Positions 1-9,101 of a stretch of DNA of 64,000 bases are shown here, in pieces (within the stretch, counting starts at the first letter, position 1; each line of letters starts with the position of its first letter). Origin of the DNA: an uncultured delta proteobacterium. Lineage in GTDB: Bacteria > Desulfobacterota > Binatia > Binatales > Binataceae. The notes under the pieces were generated by a model. The model had not been told where the DNA came from. It searched no databases and worked only from the letters and a program-made list of their open reading frames with translations. The stretch covers positions 64,001-128,000 of the forward strand of contig CAWEEQ010000004.1 of NCBI GenBank assembly GCA_963808235.1, written 5' to 3'. A program made the position numbers and the translations under genes.

Positions 1-591
1 CTAAACCTCGATATGCATATCGGCGTCGATGCGAGCTTCGACGCGCGCATCGCGGAACTGATCGGCGCGCCGCCTCCGCCGCCGGGCAAGCCGGATCAAA
101 TCGCCGAGATGGCTCGCGATCCCGAGTCCGTCACTTTCAAGGCGATCGCGAATCCGCGACCGGTCATCGATCCCGCGCTGGTGAACAGCCGCGAATGGCG
201 CAGTGCCGAGATTCCCGCCGCCAACGGCCATGCAACCGCGCGTTCGCTCGCGGCGCTATACGGCGCGCTGGCAAGCGACGGCAAGGTGAAAGATTTTCGG
301 GTCCTGACCAAAAACAGCATCAGCCGCGCTCATACCGAGCAGGCTTTCGGACCCGACGTAGTGCTCGGCGTGGTCTCGCGATGGGGTCTCGGGTTTGCGC
401 TGAATCAGCCCGCGGCGCCACTCGGACCGAACCCGCGGACGTTTGGCCATCCGGGCGCCGGCGGCTCGATCGGATTTGCGGATCCCGACGCGCGCCTGGG
501 ATTCGGCTACGTGATGAATCAGATGGGTTCCGACGCCTTGATCGACGGACGCGCGGCGAGTCTTTTCAATACCTTGTTCGCGGCGCTTTGA
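1..591 (+). CDS. Serine hydrolase, beta-lactamase/EstA family (5'-partial)
   Basis: Open frame from window edge; AEIPAANG, FGHPGAGGSIGFADP, FGYVMN motifs of family VIII esterases. Confidence 0.85.
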   Translation, partial: LNLDMHIGVDASFDARIAELIGAPPPPPGKPDQIAEMARDPESVTFKAIANPRPVIDPALVNSREWRSAEIPAANGHATARSLAALYGALASDGKVKDFRVLTKNSISRAHTEQAFGPDVVLGVVSRWGLGFALNQPAAPLGPNPRTFGHPGAGGSIGFADPDARLGFGYVMNQMGSDALIDGRAASLFNTLFAAL

Positions 592-600
592 GTTTCGCCT

Positions 601-636
601 AAAACGAAGCCGCCTCGAAATTCGGGCGGCCGTTTT
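601..636. terminator. Bidirectional intrinsic terminator
   Basis: AAAACG-aa-GCCGCC..GGCGGC-CGTTTT inverted repeat between convergent genes. Confidence 0.7.
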
Positions 637-659
637 GTCCCCTTTTTGCGGAACTCAGA

Positions 660-1565
660 TCAGATGCCGGCTGACTTATGCAGCGCGTAACGAAGTTTCA
701 GGAAGTGCGCCATCGAGGTCAGGTAGCGCACCCGCCATGCCGCTTGCATCTTACCCTTGGTCAGATCGAGATTGTAGCGCGGCCCAAGCATCTTGTACGC
801 CGACTTGATCCGGTTGAAAAGATCGTCCGCCGACCCGGGCTTTAGCTGCGCGATACCTTCGAGGCTGCCGAGCGTGTCGCTTCCGTAAGCGCCGAGCGCA
901 ACCAAGCTGTCAGCGAACAACTCGTCCTCTTCGACCAGGTGGTTGGCGAACGCGCCTTCCATGAACGCCGTGTGCTCAGCTTTTTCGCCGACCAACGAGC
1001 CGTATATATAGTGTCCGAGTTCATGGCCGAGCGTCGCGGCGACTGCGCCCGGATGATGCGCGGTGTTTACGAAAATTACGAACTTGCTCTTCGGGCCGAC
1101 GTCGGCACGGCAGTAAAAGCCGCGCAGCGACAGTCCCGCCCCGGTGCGATACGGCTCGGCGCGAAGCTCTAGCTCGCGCGGGCCGAAAAGATTCTCGAGG
1201 TGAGACATCAGTTTCGGATTGCCGAGATCGGCCAGGCTTTCGTATGACCCCGTGTGCTGCTTGATGTCGGTTTCGACGATGCGCGCGAGTTCCTTGAGCA
1301 GGGGCTTGGGCGGAAGCGCAGGAACTTCCATGTAGTCGGTGGAAAGAATCTTCTTGAGATCGGTCAACTGATTGAGAACCCGGGTTCCGAGCGAGGCGAA
1401 GGGGACGTGAATCTCGCCGAGCAGTTTGGAAACGAGGAGGTCTACCTCGCGAGTTACGAGTGCGTCCGGACCGCGCGAGGGCATCGGTTTTGGGGCCGCG
1501 TGCGAAGAGCCAACCGAGGCACTCACGGGACCGCTACGAAGGCGCATTGCCGAGCTTATTGGCAT
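660..1565 (-). CDS. ImmA/IrrE family metallo-endopeptidase
   Basis: IFVNTAHH..AATLGHELGH (HExxH) and downstream E-x-x-A-D (DELFAD). Confidence 0.8.
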   Translation of the reverse strand: MPISSAMRLRSGPVSASVGSSHAAPKPMPSRGPDALVTREVDLLVSKLLGEIHVPFASLGTRVLNQLTDLKKILSTDYMEVPALPPKPLLKELARIVETDIKQHTGSYESLADLGNPKLMSHLENLFGPRELELRAEPYRTGAGLSLRGFYCRADVGPKSKFVIFVNTAHHPGAVAATLGHELGHYIYGSLVGEKAEHTAFMEGAFANHLVEEDELFADSLVALGAYGSDTLGSLEGIAQLKPGSADDLFNRIKSAYKMLGPRYNLDLTKGKMQAAWRVRYLTSMAHFLKLRYALHKSAGI

Positions 1566-1765
1566 AATGGACGAGTTATCTTAAGTGACACCCGGTTTAG
1601 TTCAAAGACCTACGTCTACTCTTGTCTATTGCAGCAAATCATAGGCCACACAACCTATGGTTGCCTTCATGCCACCTCATACCAGCTGTAGGGTTCCAGC
1701 TCTCCTCATGGTGCGATCGTGCAACATAATGCGCGCTTTCGAAGGCGCTTCGAATTGACAGCGAA

Positions 1766-1920
1766 CCAGCCGGAGAGGTCCAACTCCCGGCTGGCCGCGC
1801 CGTCGCATCGAGTCCCGTGCGATGCAGACGCGCGACTTCGATGGGCGTCGGGGTCCAATCCGACGTTAGAAGAGAATCTCGAAGTCAGCGGCCTCCCCTG
1901 CATCAAAGTAAAGTCCAAAA
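1766..1920. ncRNA. Candidate structured RNA with repeated GUCC(A/C) loops
   Basis: Three consecutive hairpins with loops GTCCAA, AGTCCCGTG, GTCCAA, plus a fourth GTCCAA at 1913-1918. Confidence 0.35.
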
Positions 1921-1928
1921 AATCGCGC

Positions 1929-2354
1929 TCAGGAAATCAAAGCCTGGCGCACGGTATTGAGAACGTAGATAAAGTCGCGCGAGCTTCTCACCTGGCCCAT
2001 CAGCGCGACCTGCGAGAGCATGTTCATTTCCTTGGCGTTGATGTTGTGAATGCGGCGGATTTTTTCGTCGCGGCGGAATTCATCCCACGCGGAATTGCCC
2101 TTGACCGGTTCCGCGGGATGCAAGAGTTCCTTGGCCCTGGGATTGGCGAGAAAGAAAAGTTCGCGACGATCGAAGCCCAGCGCATCGGCGAGGCGCGTCA
2201 CGATCTCATCGGAAGGATGCCGCTTGCCGGACTCGAGATGGCCGACGTAAGGAGTCGAGGTCCCGACTCTACGCGCGACCTGTTGCTGGGTCAGTTCACT
2301 CTGACGCCTGCGGTCTCGAATCACCTGCCCAAATTTTACGTTCGACATCGACAT
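1929..2354 (-). CDS. XRE-family HTH transcriptional regulator
   Basis: FGQVIRDRRRQSELTQQQVARRVGTSTPYVGHLESGKRHPS = HTH_3, with extra C-terminal domain. Confidence 0.9.
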   Translation of the reverse strand: MSMSNVKFGQVIRDRRRQSELTQQQVARRVGTSTPYVGHLESGKRHPSDEIVTRLADALGFDRRELFFLANPRAKELLHPAEPVKGNSAWDEFRRDEKIRRIHNINAKEMNMLSQVALMGQVRSSRDFIYVLNTVRQALIS

Positions 2355-2407
2355 GGAAGCCTCCTATGGCCTCCCCCCGAATAGAAGCCCTTCAGGTTAC
2401 GGACGTT

Positions 2408-2902
2408 TCAGAAACCCTCACTCGAAGAATCAATCTGCAAAAGTTCCGACTTCTTTCTGTTGCCAATATTGTTTGAGGCGTTTTGCGCGCGCTTCAGCAC
2501 TACGCGGCCGAAGCCCGCGACGACGTTGCTTGCGCGCAGCCGGCCGAGCCGACGCGTCTGCGCCTTGCGGCATTTCGAGGCGCCGACTTGCTGCTCGAGT
2601 TTGCGCCGCTGCCGATCGATCGCGTCAGCCATGGATTGATACATGCGAATCTGCGCGCCCAATTCGACCCACAAGCATGGGCCGCACAACGGCGCGCATT
2701 CACCAGTCGAATCAGGACCGGCGCATCGATAGTCGTCACCACAGATGACGCATCGATGGCCGTGCGGACGGCGAGCCTCGCGCGCCGACATCCCGGCGCT
2801 TGGCCATGGCAAAGGCAGGTTCTCGAGCGCGTCGTTGCGACGCTCTTCGATAGAGGCGAGGCGAGTCTTGCCGCGCAATGTGGATGTGCCAGACGCTGCC
2901 AT
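2408..2902 (-). CDS. Hypothetical Cys-rich (putative Zn-binding) protein
   Basis: HRCVIC..C..C..LCGPC followed by coiled coil; co-oriented with xre. Confidence 0.6.
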   Translation of the reverse strand: MAASGTSTLRGKTRLASIEERRNDALENLPLPWPSAGMSAREARRPHGHRCVICGDDYRCAGPDSTGECAPLCGPCLWVELGAQIRMYQSMADAIDRQRRKLEQQVGASKCRKAQTRRLGRLRASNVVAGFGRVVLKRAQNASNNIGNRKKSELLQIDSSSEGF

Positions 2903-3070
2903 GCGCCGGATTGTGCAACGTTGCCTACAATCAGTCAAGTGTTTCACTACGAACTGTAGGATGGTTTTCATGCCGCTTTGACACATTGAGGCTGGCGCGC
3001 GCCCTCCACGCCCGCGACCCATCGCGGCGTCCATTTCGTGGGAAAGTGCCGTATTCCGTAGATAATTCGG

Positions 3071-3694
3071 CTAGGGCGCGCGCTTAAGCCATCGTTCGAC
3101 GAAGTCGAGGCGGTCCTTGCCCCAGAACATTTCATCGCCGACGAAAAAAGTTGGGGCGCCGAAGACTCCGCGCGCGATGGCGCGATCGGTGATCGCGGCG
3201 AGCTCGTCGCGAATCGGGGCTGAGTTCGCGGCGTTGATGATGCGAGTTCCGTCAAAGCCGGCACCCGCCGCGATCGCCGCAATCACATCAGGATCGGCGA
3301 TATTTTCATCGCGCTCCCAGTATGCGCGCATGATCGCCTGAGTAAGCGCGCCCTTCGCGCGCTCGCGCGATTCGTCGCCGCTCTCGGCGCCGGAGTCAGC
3401 GCCCGCGGCCAGGACGGCGCGCAGCGTAGTCGAAGTCTTCATCGGGAAGCGGCTCGGCCTTTTGAATGGCAAGCCGGTGAGTTCCGCGTAGCGCGCATGA
3501 TCGCGCCAAAGATAACGCGCCTTTTGTGGCGACATCGCCATCACGTCGAAACCGGTGCCGCGAAACAGCGCGGCAAAATGCGTCGGCATCCAGTTCAGGC
3601 GGGCGTCGGTCCGAGCGCAGATTTCCGCAAGCAAGAAGGCGGCGAAGTAGCTATTGGTACTGGAAAAATCGAAATAGAAATCGACCGAGCGCAT
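3071..3694 (-). CDS. 2-hydroxychromene-2-carboxylate isomerase / DsbA-like (kappa GST) protein
   Basis: VDFYFDFSSTNSY and GVFGAPTFFVGDEMFWGKDRL motifs. Confidence 0.9.
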   Translation of the reverse strand: MRSVDFYFDFSSTNSYFAAFLLAEICARTDARLNWMPTHFAALFRGTGFDVMAMSPQKARYLWRDHARYAELTGLPFKRPSRFPMKTSTTLRAVLAAGADSGAESGDESRERAKGALTQAIMRAYWERDENIADPDVIAAIAAGAGFDGTRIINAANSAPIRDELAAITDRAIARGVFGAPTFFVGDEMFWGKDRLDFVERWLKRAP

Positions 3695-3855
3695 CGCTGA
3701 TGTCTCCGAGCCGCATCCTAGCGCGATTATCAGGGACGTCGGTAATCGACGGCCAATGACTGTTTTCGAGACGGCCAATGGTTGCGACGGCTCGAATGGC
3801 TTGCCATTAGTTTCATTCCCGTTGGCGCTCGGGAGCGGTCGCGCAATTTACCTGG

Positions 3856-5991
3856 ATGGCGAAAACCAAATCTCAAATCCTGCCCGGCGCTCCGTATCCG
3901 CTCGGCGCGAACTTCGACGGTACGGGAACGAATTTCGCGCTGTTCTCCGAGCATGCGACTGGGGTCGTGCTTTGCCTGTTCGACGGCGCGACCGGCAATG
4001 ACGAAACCGCGCGAATACCGCTCGTCGAGCGCACCGAGCATTTGTGGCATGCGTACATCGGCGGAGTCGGTCCGGGACGGCGCTATGGGTATCGCGTCGT
4101 CGGCCGATACGATCCGCCCGCGGGGCATCACTTCAATTCCGCAAAGCTGCTGCTCGATCCGTATGCCCGCGCGATCGATCGCGCGCCGGTCTGGGATGAC
4201 TCGATGATGGGCTATCGCGCCCGCACTGCAACCGGTCCGTTTCGCGCCGATCGGCGCAACAGCGCGCTCGTTATGCCCAAGTGCGTGGTTGTCGATTCCG
4301 TATACGACTGGGGCGGGGACCGCAAGCCGGCAATAGCGTCGGAGGACCTGGTAATCTACGAAGCTCACGTGAAAGGGATGACCGCACTGCGCCCGGAAGT
4401 CGCCGAGCCGATTCGTGGCACCTACGCCGCGCTCGCATCGCCGGCCGTGATTGGGCATCTGACCTCACTCGGGGTGAATGCAATCGAACTGATGCCGGTG
4501 CATCAGACGGCCCCTGAGCACCGGCTATACAGACAGGGTCTGAGTAACTATTGGGGATACAACACGATTGGCTATTTTGCGCCGGACATAAGATTCGCCT
4601 CGAAGGGCGCGCTCGGGGCCCAAGTCGCCGAATTCAAGCACATGGTCAGAGAGTTTCACTCGGCCGGAATCGAGGTGATCCTCGACGTCGTTTACAACCA
4701 TACGGGAGAGGGAGGAGATGGCGGGCCGACGGTTTGCTTCCGCGGCATCGACAATGCTTCCTACTACCGTCTTTTGGCCGACGGCAGCGGCCGATGCGAG
4801 GATTTCACCGGCACCGGCAACTCGCTGAATATGATGAATCCGCGTGTGCTGCAGTTAGTAATGGACAGCTTGCGCTACTGGGTAATCGAAATGCACGTGG
4901 ACGGATTCCGCTTCGACCTTGCGACCACGCTGGCACGCGGCCCGCGCGGAGAATTCGCGACCAGTCCATTTTTCGCTGCGATTGCGCAGGACCCGCAGCT
5001 GGCCGGGGTCAAGCTAATCGCGGAGCCGTGGGATGTCGGAGAACACGGCTATCGGGTCGCGAATTTTCCGGTCAACTGGAAGGAATGGAACGGCAGGTAT
5101 CGCGATAGCGTGCGCGATTTCTGGCGCAGCGCGAGCGATTCGATGGGCGAGTTCGCGTCGCGCATCACGGGCAGCTCGGATTTGTACCGCGCCTCAGGTC
5201 GCGCGCCGCTCGCGAGCATCAACTTCGTTACCGCGCACGATGGCTTCACGCTTTCCGACCTGGTCTCGTACAACGAGAAACACAACGCGGCGAACGACGA
5301 GGGCAATCGCGACGGCGAAAGCCACAACCGTTCATGGAATTGCGGCGTGGAAGGTCCGAGCGACGATCCTGCGATTCGCGCGATCCGCGACCGGCAAAAA
5401 CGCAACTTCCTGGCGACTCTCATTCTCTCGCAGGGAATACCGATGCTGCTCGCGGGCGATGAGCTTGGACGAACGCAGGGCGGCAACAATAACGCCTACT
5501 GTCAGGACAACCCGCTTTCATGGATCGACTGGACGAACGCGGACACGACACTGGTCGAATTCACGCGGCGGTTGCTTCAGCTCCGTCGCGAGCATCCGAT
5601 CTTTCATCGCCGCGGATGGTTCACCGGGATTACGCGGAAGACTGGATGGCCGAAGGATCTGGAGTGGTTCAGGCCGGACGGCGTCGAGATGAATTCCGGG
5701 GATTGGGGAGTCGGATATGCGAAAACGCTGGGAGCGTTTCTGAACGGACGCACTATTTCGGAGCGGAACCGCGCCGGCGATCAAATCAGCGACGATAGTT
5801 TCTTTTTGATCTTCAACGCGTACCAGGAGCCGATGGAATTCAAGCTGCCGGGCAGAAATTGGGGGCGCACGTGGAGCGTCGTCGTCGACACGGGCGATGC
5901 AACTACGCCGGCAAGCACGCGATCGTACTCATTCAAAGAGAGGGTGCACGTGAGCGGGCGCGCGATGGTCGTGTTGCGGCGCCGTACTTGA
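3856..5991 (+). CDS. glgX: Glycogen debranching enzyme (isoamylase, GH13)
   Basis: NYWGYNT, DVVYNHT, DGFRFDLA, IAEPWD, FVTAHDGFTL motifs. Confidence 0.97.
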   Translation: MAKTKSQILPGAPYPLGANFDGTGTNFALFSEHATGVVLCLFDGATGNDETARIPLVERTEHLWHAYIGGVGPGRRYGYRVVGRYDPPAGHHFNSAKLLLDPYARAIDRAPVWDDSMMGYRARTATGPFRADRRNSALVMPKCVVVDSVYDWGGDRKPAIASEDLVIYEAHVKGMTALRPEVAEPIRGTYAALASPAVIGHLTSLGVNAIELMPVHQTAPEHRLYRQGLSNYWGYNTIGYFAPDIRFASKGALGAQVAEFKHMVREFHSAGIEVILDVVYNHTGEGGDGGPTVCFRGIDNASYYRLLADGSGRCEDFTGTGNSLNMMNPRVLQLVMDSLRYWVIEMHVDGFRFDLATTLARGPRGEFATSPFFAAIAQDPQLAGVKLIAEPWDVGEHGYRVANFPVNWKEWNGRYRDSVRDFWRSASDSMGEFASRITGSSDLYRASGRAPLASINFVTAHDGFTLSDLVSYNEKHNAANDEGNRDGESHNRSWNCGVEGPSDDPAIRAIRDRQKRNFLATLILSQGIPMLLAGDELGRTQGGNNNAYCQDNPLSWIDWTNADTTLVEFTRRLLQLRREHPIFHRRGWFTGITRKTGWPKDLEWFRPDGVEMNSGDWGVGYAKTLGAFLNGRTISERNRAGDQISDDSFFLIFNAYQEPMEFKLPGRNWGRTWSVVVDTGDATTPASTRSYSFKERVHVSGRAMVVLRRRT

Positions 5992-5998
5992 GCATCGG

Positions 5999-6403
5999 CT
6001 ATCGCCAAGTGAGTTGATTCTTCACCGTGACGACGCCCTCGATGTTCTGCGCAAGTAAAGTCGCCCGCTTTGCATCGTTCGCCGATGCTACGACTCCGCT
6101 CAATTGCACGGTGCCGTGGTCGCAGTCGACGACGACTGGATATTTATCCGAGATGCCCTTGTCGGCCAGTGAAGTCTTCACCTCGGTTATTATCAGGTCA
6201 TCGTGCGCGCGCTCGGCGGGAGAATTATAGTGATGCTCAGCCGACGATTGTACGGTGTCGTGCTCGAGGTTTATCGACTTGGTCGTGGCTATTTCGTTAT
6301 GCGAGGGCGCCGGCGAGTCCTGTTGCGCGTGAACTCGAAGCGCCAGTGCGAGTCCTACTACCACACCGCACAGCACAGTGGAGATTAATTTTTTGTGTCT
6401 CAT
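5999..6403 (-). CDS. BON domain protein
   Basis: Signal peptide, DDLIITEVKTSL..GTVQLSGVV..VVTVKNQL. Confidence 0.85.
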   Translation of the reverse strand: MRHKKLISTVLCGVVVGLALALRVHAQQDSPAPSHNEIATTKSINLEHDTVQSSAEHHYNSPAERAHDDLIITEVKTSLADKGISDKYPVVVDCDHGTVQLSGVVASANDAKRATLLAQNIEGVVTVKNQLTWR

Positions 6404-6453
6404 GATTTGGATGCCTGGTGCACGAGGAATCGATTCCCCGTGCACCCCTGTTC

Positions 6454-6825
6454 TTAGTCAGTGCTCTCGTTGTAGGTCTTCTTCTGATAAGTCTGAGTCT
6501 CCGCAGTCGGCGCCATTGGGGCTGGCGCGACCACTACAGGAGCCGGCGTCACCGTGGTCGACTCGCTGTGATACGCATTGACACTTTCCGCACTCGAGTT
6601 GTCGCCGGTCTCAGTGGAGTGCGACGCGCTCTTTTCCTCGGTGGTATTGATCCTCGAAGGAGGTGAAGTCACCACGGTCACCGGCGCTGGCGCGGGCTGC
6701 ACGTAGGAAGTGCTGGTACTGGTAGTTTCTTTGACGCGGTCAGTTGATTCGCCGCATCCACTCACAAATGGAATGATGACCGCGCTCAATGCGGAGAGCG
6801 CAATCAAACGTCCTGCTTTGTTCAT
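6454..6825 (-). CDS. Hypothetical Thr/Ser/Pro-rich lipoprotein
   Basis: GGAGG RBS; lipobox VSGC; low-complexity body. Confidence 0.7.
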   Translation of the reverse strand: MNKAGRLIALSALSAVIIPFVSGCGESTDRVKETTSTSTSYVQPAPAPVTVVTSPPSRINTTEEKSASHSTETGDNSSAESVNAYHSESTTVTPAPVVVAPAPMAPTAETQTYQKKTYNESTD

Positions 6826-6907
6826 TTCCGATAGCCTCCTTGGCTCTGTCGACGGTTAACTGGCGGTCGAGACTGATGCCCGCGGGCTCCCGCCACGTTA
6901 AGAGGAG

Positions 6908-6923
6908 AGCAAAACCGGGACCA
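6908..6923 (-). promoter_or_regulatory. sigma-54 promoter
   Basis: TGGTCC-CGGTT-TTGCT (GG-N10-GC). Confidence 0.6.
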
Positions 6924-7142
6924 CATAGGTGCGATTAACTTACTGACTTATAGTAACGACGATTTATCGACGCGGGTTAAACTCAGGCGGGTAATTGCTT
7001 CCCTATGGTTCCGCGAGTACCCACTAACCCCGATTCCTCGGCTGCGAATCGCTTACGAGATGCCGACGAAGCTCTCGTTCCGCGCTCAGCCAATCTTCCT
7101 GTATTGGCCGTGGCGACGACCTCGAGAATGAATTCGTGCATT

Positions 7143-7442
7143 TCAGTCATTACTCAGTGGAAATATCGATACTTCGTTATTGACTATCTGCACATCGGCC
7201 AGGCTGTCGGCCACAAATTCCGCGTGCTCAGCTGCGTCCCATGAGTCAGCTCGACCCGGAAGCGTAATCACTCCACGATCGGTGTGAACCTTAATCACGT
7301 TTTGGGCGGCTACCTGCCCTTGCTTCTCCCAAGTTTCGCCGTGGCGCCTGCTCGACGAATTAATCACGCAAAGAGCGGAGCCCACGATAATGAGACTGCC
7401 GAATATTCCGATTGCCAAGATCGCTGGATAGTTTCGCTTCAT
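7143..7442 (-). CDS. BON domain protein (short/partial domain)
   Basis: IKVHTDRGVITLPG..VQIVNNEV. Confidence 0.65.
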   Translation of the reverse strand: MKRNYPAILAIGIFGSLIIVGSALCVINSSSRRHGETWEKQGQVAAQNVIKVHTDRGVITLPGRADSWDAAEHAEFVADSLADVQIVNNEVSIFPLSND

Positions 7443-7494
7443 TTTTGCTCACTCCTGGTTAGGCGGTCGAAGGCCCAGGCACGAGGATAAGAGG

Positions 7495-7510
7495 AGCAAC
7501 GGCCATACCA
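7495..7510 (-). promoter_or_regulatory. sigma-54 promoter
   Basis: TGGTAT-GGCCG-TTGCT. Confidence 0.65.
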
Positions 7511-7679
7511 TCCGTGAAAGCGGTTTAATGGAGCATTTCTTTACAGCAGTTGTGAAATATTTTCCTGAATACCGACCGAAAGAACCCCATTTGGCAAGAA
7601 GTACCGAAGGCGCAGAAATGCCTCGATTCTGTGCGGAACGCGCGAAAATAGGCGCTTATTGCAGCATCGCGCTCCCGCG

Positions 7680-7695
7680 TGGCTCAAATGTTGCG
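7680..7695 (+). promoter_or_regulatory. sigma-54 promoter
   Basis: TGGCTC-AAATG-TTGCG. Confidence 0.6.
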
Positions 7696-7762
7696 TTTTC
7701 TCGAAGTACGCAGACTGCCGTTTCGATCTTCAAGCGGCGTCGATGAGAAGGAGGTAAATTCC

Positions 7763-7993
7763 ATGAAGAGCATCGTAGTATTCGGCGCAATCATCGCATT
7801 GCTCGGACTGATCGCGTTCGCGATACCTTCATTCAATACGCACAAAACCGAAGACGTTGCCAAGCTCGGCGATCTGAAGCTCGAAGCCAACACCGAGGAG
7901 ACCCACTTCATTCCTCCTCTACTTAGTGAAGGCGCGATATTACTCGGGGTACTGATTATCGGCGCAGGAGTACTGACTAATCGCCAGTCCTGA
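7763..7993 (+). CDS. Small 2-TM membrane protein (DUF3185-like)
   Basis: AAGGAGG RBS; TM-KLGDLKLEA-IPP-TM pattern. Confidence 0.75.
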   Translation: MKSIVVFGAIIALLGLIAFAIPSFNTHKTEDVAKLGDLKLEANTEETHFIPPLLSEGAILLGVLIIGAGVLTNRQS

Positions 7994-8062
7994 GCCAGCG
8001 AATACTCGGGAGGGTCTTCAAATAGCAAGTCGAAGCAGCGTTCGGAGGAAAGACTTACTAAT

Positions 8063-8215
8063 CTAGACCCTGCCCAGCAACGCCAGGACCAGCACTATAA
8101 CGAGAACCGTTCCAAGCGCTCCGCTCGGGAAATAACCCCAGTTAGCGCTGTAGGGCCACGCAGGCAACGCGCCGAGAAGCAGGACAACTAGTATGACCAA
8201 TAGTATCAAGTTCAT
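8063..8215 (-). CDS. DUF3309 family small membrane protein
   Basis: LLGALPAWPYSANWGYFPSGALG signature. Confidence 0.9.
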   Translation of the reverse strand: MNLILLVILVVLLLGALPAWPYSANWGYFPSGALGTVLVIVLVLALLGRV

Positions 8216-8367
8216 TTTGTTCTCCTGAAGTTTGGGACCGCACCCGGGTTTACATCGTGTGAGCAACCAGGTACCAAATCACGATCAGCGAGAGAGGAAC
8301 GCCGAGAATCCATGCTACTGCGTAACGCATTTGCTATCTCCTTAAAGTACTGAACTCAAAGAAGTAA

Positions 8368-8383
8368 AGCAGAAACCCTGCCA
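8368..8383 (-). promoter_or_regulatory. sigma-54 promoter (candidate)
   Basis: TGGCAG-GGTTT-CTGCT. Confidence 0.5.
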
Positions 8384-8754
8384 CTGACTACTGCGCCTTA
8401 GCGCGTACTCAGTTGATCTGATATCACCCTGCGTCTTGTACTCACGGATTTATTACCGGGCGTGGAAGTCCCAAAAGTGTACTTGAACTCGCATGTGGCA
8501 GGGGTCGAATGGCTATTGCGGTCGAATAGCTATTGCGGTCTTCGAAGGATGTGCGTGCACAGACTATTCGGGCGATGCTATTCGTGCCGGCGCCTGGGTC
8601 AGCATCGCGGCAACAGATTCAGATAGGACGGAGACCGATTCGAAGTTGAGTCGGGGAATTGGCGGCAGGACCGAGTCGCGGACGCGTCTCAGCCGTGTTG
8701 GGGCTGAGTCGGGGAGTGTGGTCCGCGACGCCGGCCACTGCCGGGAAACCGTAG

Positions 8755-8838
8755 TCAGGCGTTCTTTCCGCAGCAGTCCTTGTACATCTTGCCGGAACCG
8801 CACGGACACGGGGCGGACGGATTAGGTGTGCTCGCCAT
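8755..8838 (-). CDS. 27-aa stand-alone SEC-C motif peptide MASTPNPSAPCPCGSGKMYKDCCGKNA
   Basis: Translated by hand (below ORF-track cutoff); CPCGSGKxYKxCC motif; AAGGAGGTG RBS; sigma-54 site upstream. Confidence 0.85.
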   Translation of the reverse strand: MASTPNPSAPCPCGSGKMYKDCCGKNA

Positions 8839-8881
8839 ATATATAGCACCTCCTTCTTAGTCGAGAGCGTAATTAAATCGA

Positions 8882-8897
8882 CGCAATCGGCATGCCA
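8882..8897 (-). promoter_or_regulatory. sigma-54 promoter
   Basis: TGGCAT-GCCGA-TTGCG. Confidence 0.7.
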
Positions 8898-9101
8898 TCG
8901 TCGTCGAGGATTCGGCGATTGAGTATCGCAGGGACTACGGGCATTCAGTTAGCGATTCGAGCTCGCGACCGCAAAACAATCGGTAAGTATGTAAAACTGA
9001 CCGCCAGTTCTATAGCCATTTCTTTCCGCAGACGTTCAGAAGGCGTCGTCGATATGGCGGTGGCGAAGGAAAGCGAGCGCGGAGTGCGACTATCGGCGGC
9101 G

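Noticed and set aside
1719-2384. 221-aa plus-strand ORF
   Set aside because: Antisense to xre; no motif
8262-8276. sigma-54 promoter TGGTAC-CTGG-TTGCT
   Set aside because: GG-N9-GC spacing; sigma-54 requires N10
8730-8755. Cobalamin riboswitch (GCCACTG..GGGAA)
   Set aside because: Other conserved elements absent and no suitable downstream gene
8493-8849. ORF-track calls 8493-8825, 8564-8809 and 8619-8849
   Set aside because: No motifs; the RBS and promoter support the 27-aa SEC-C frame instead
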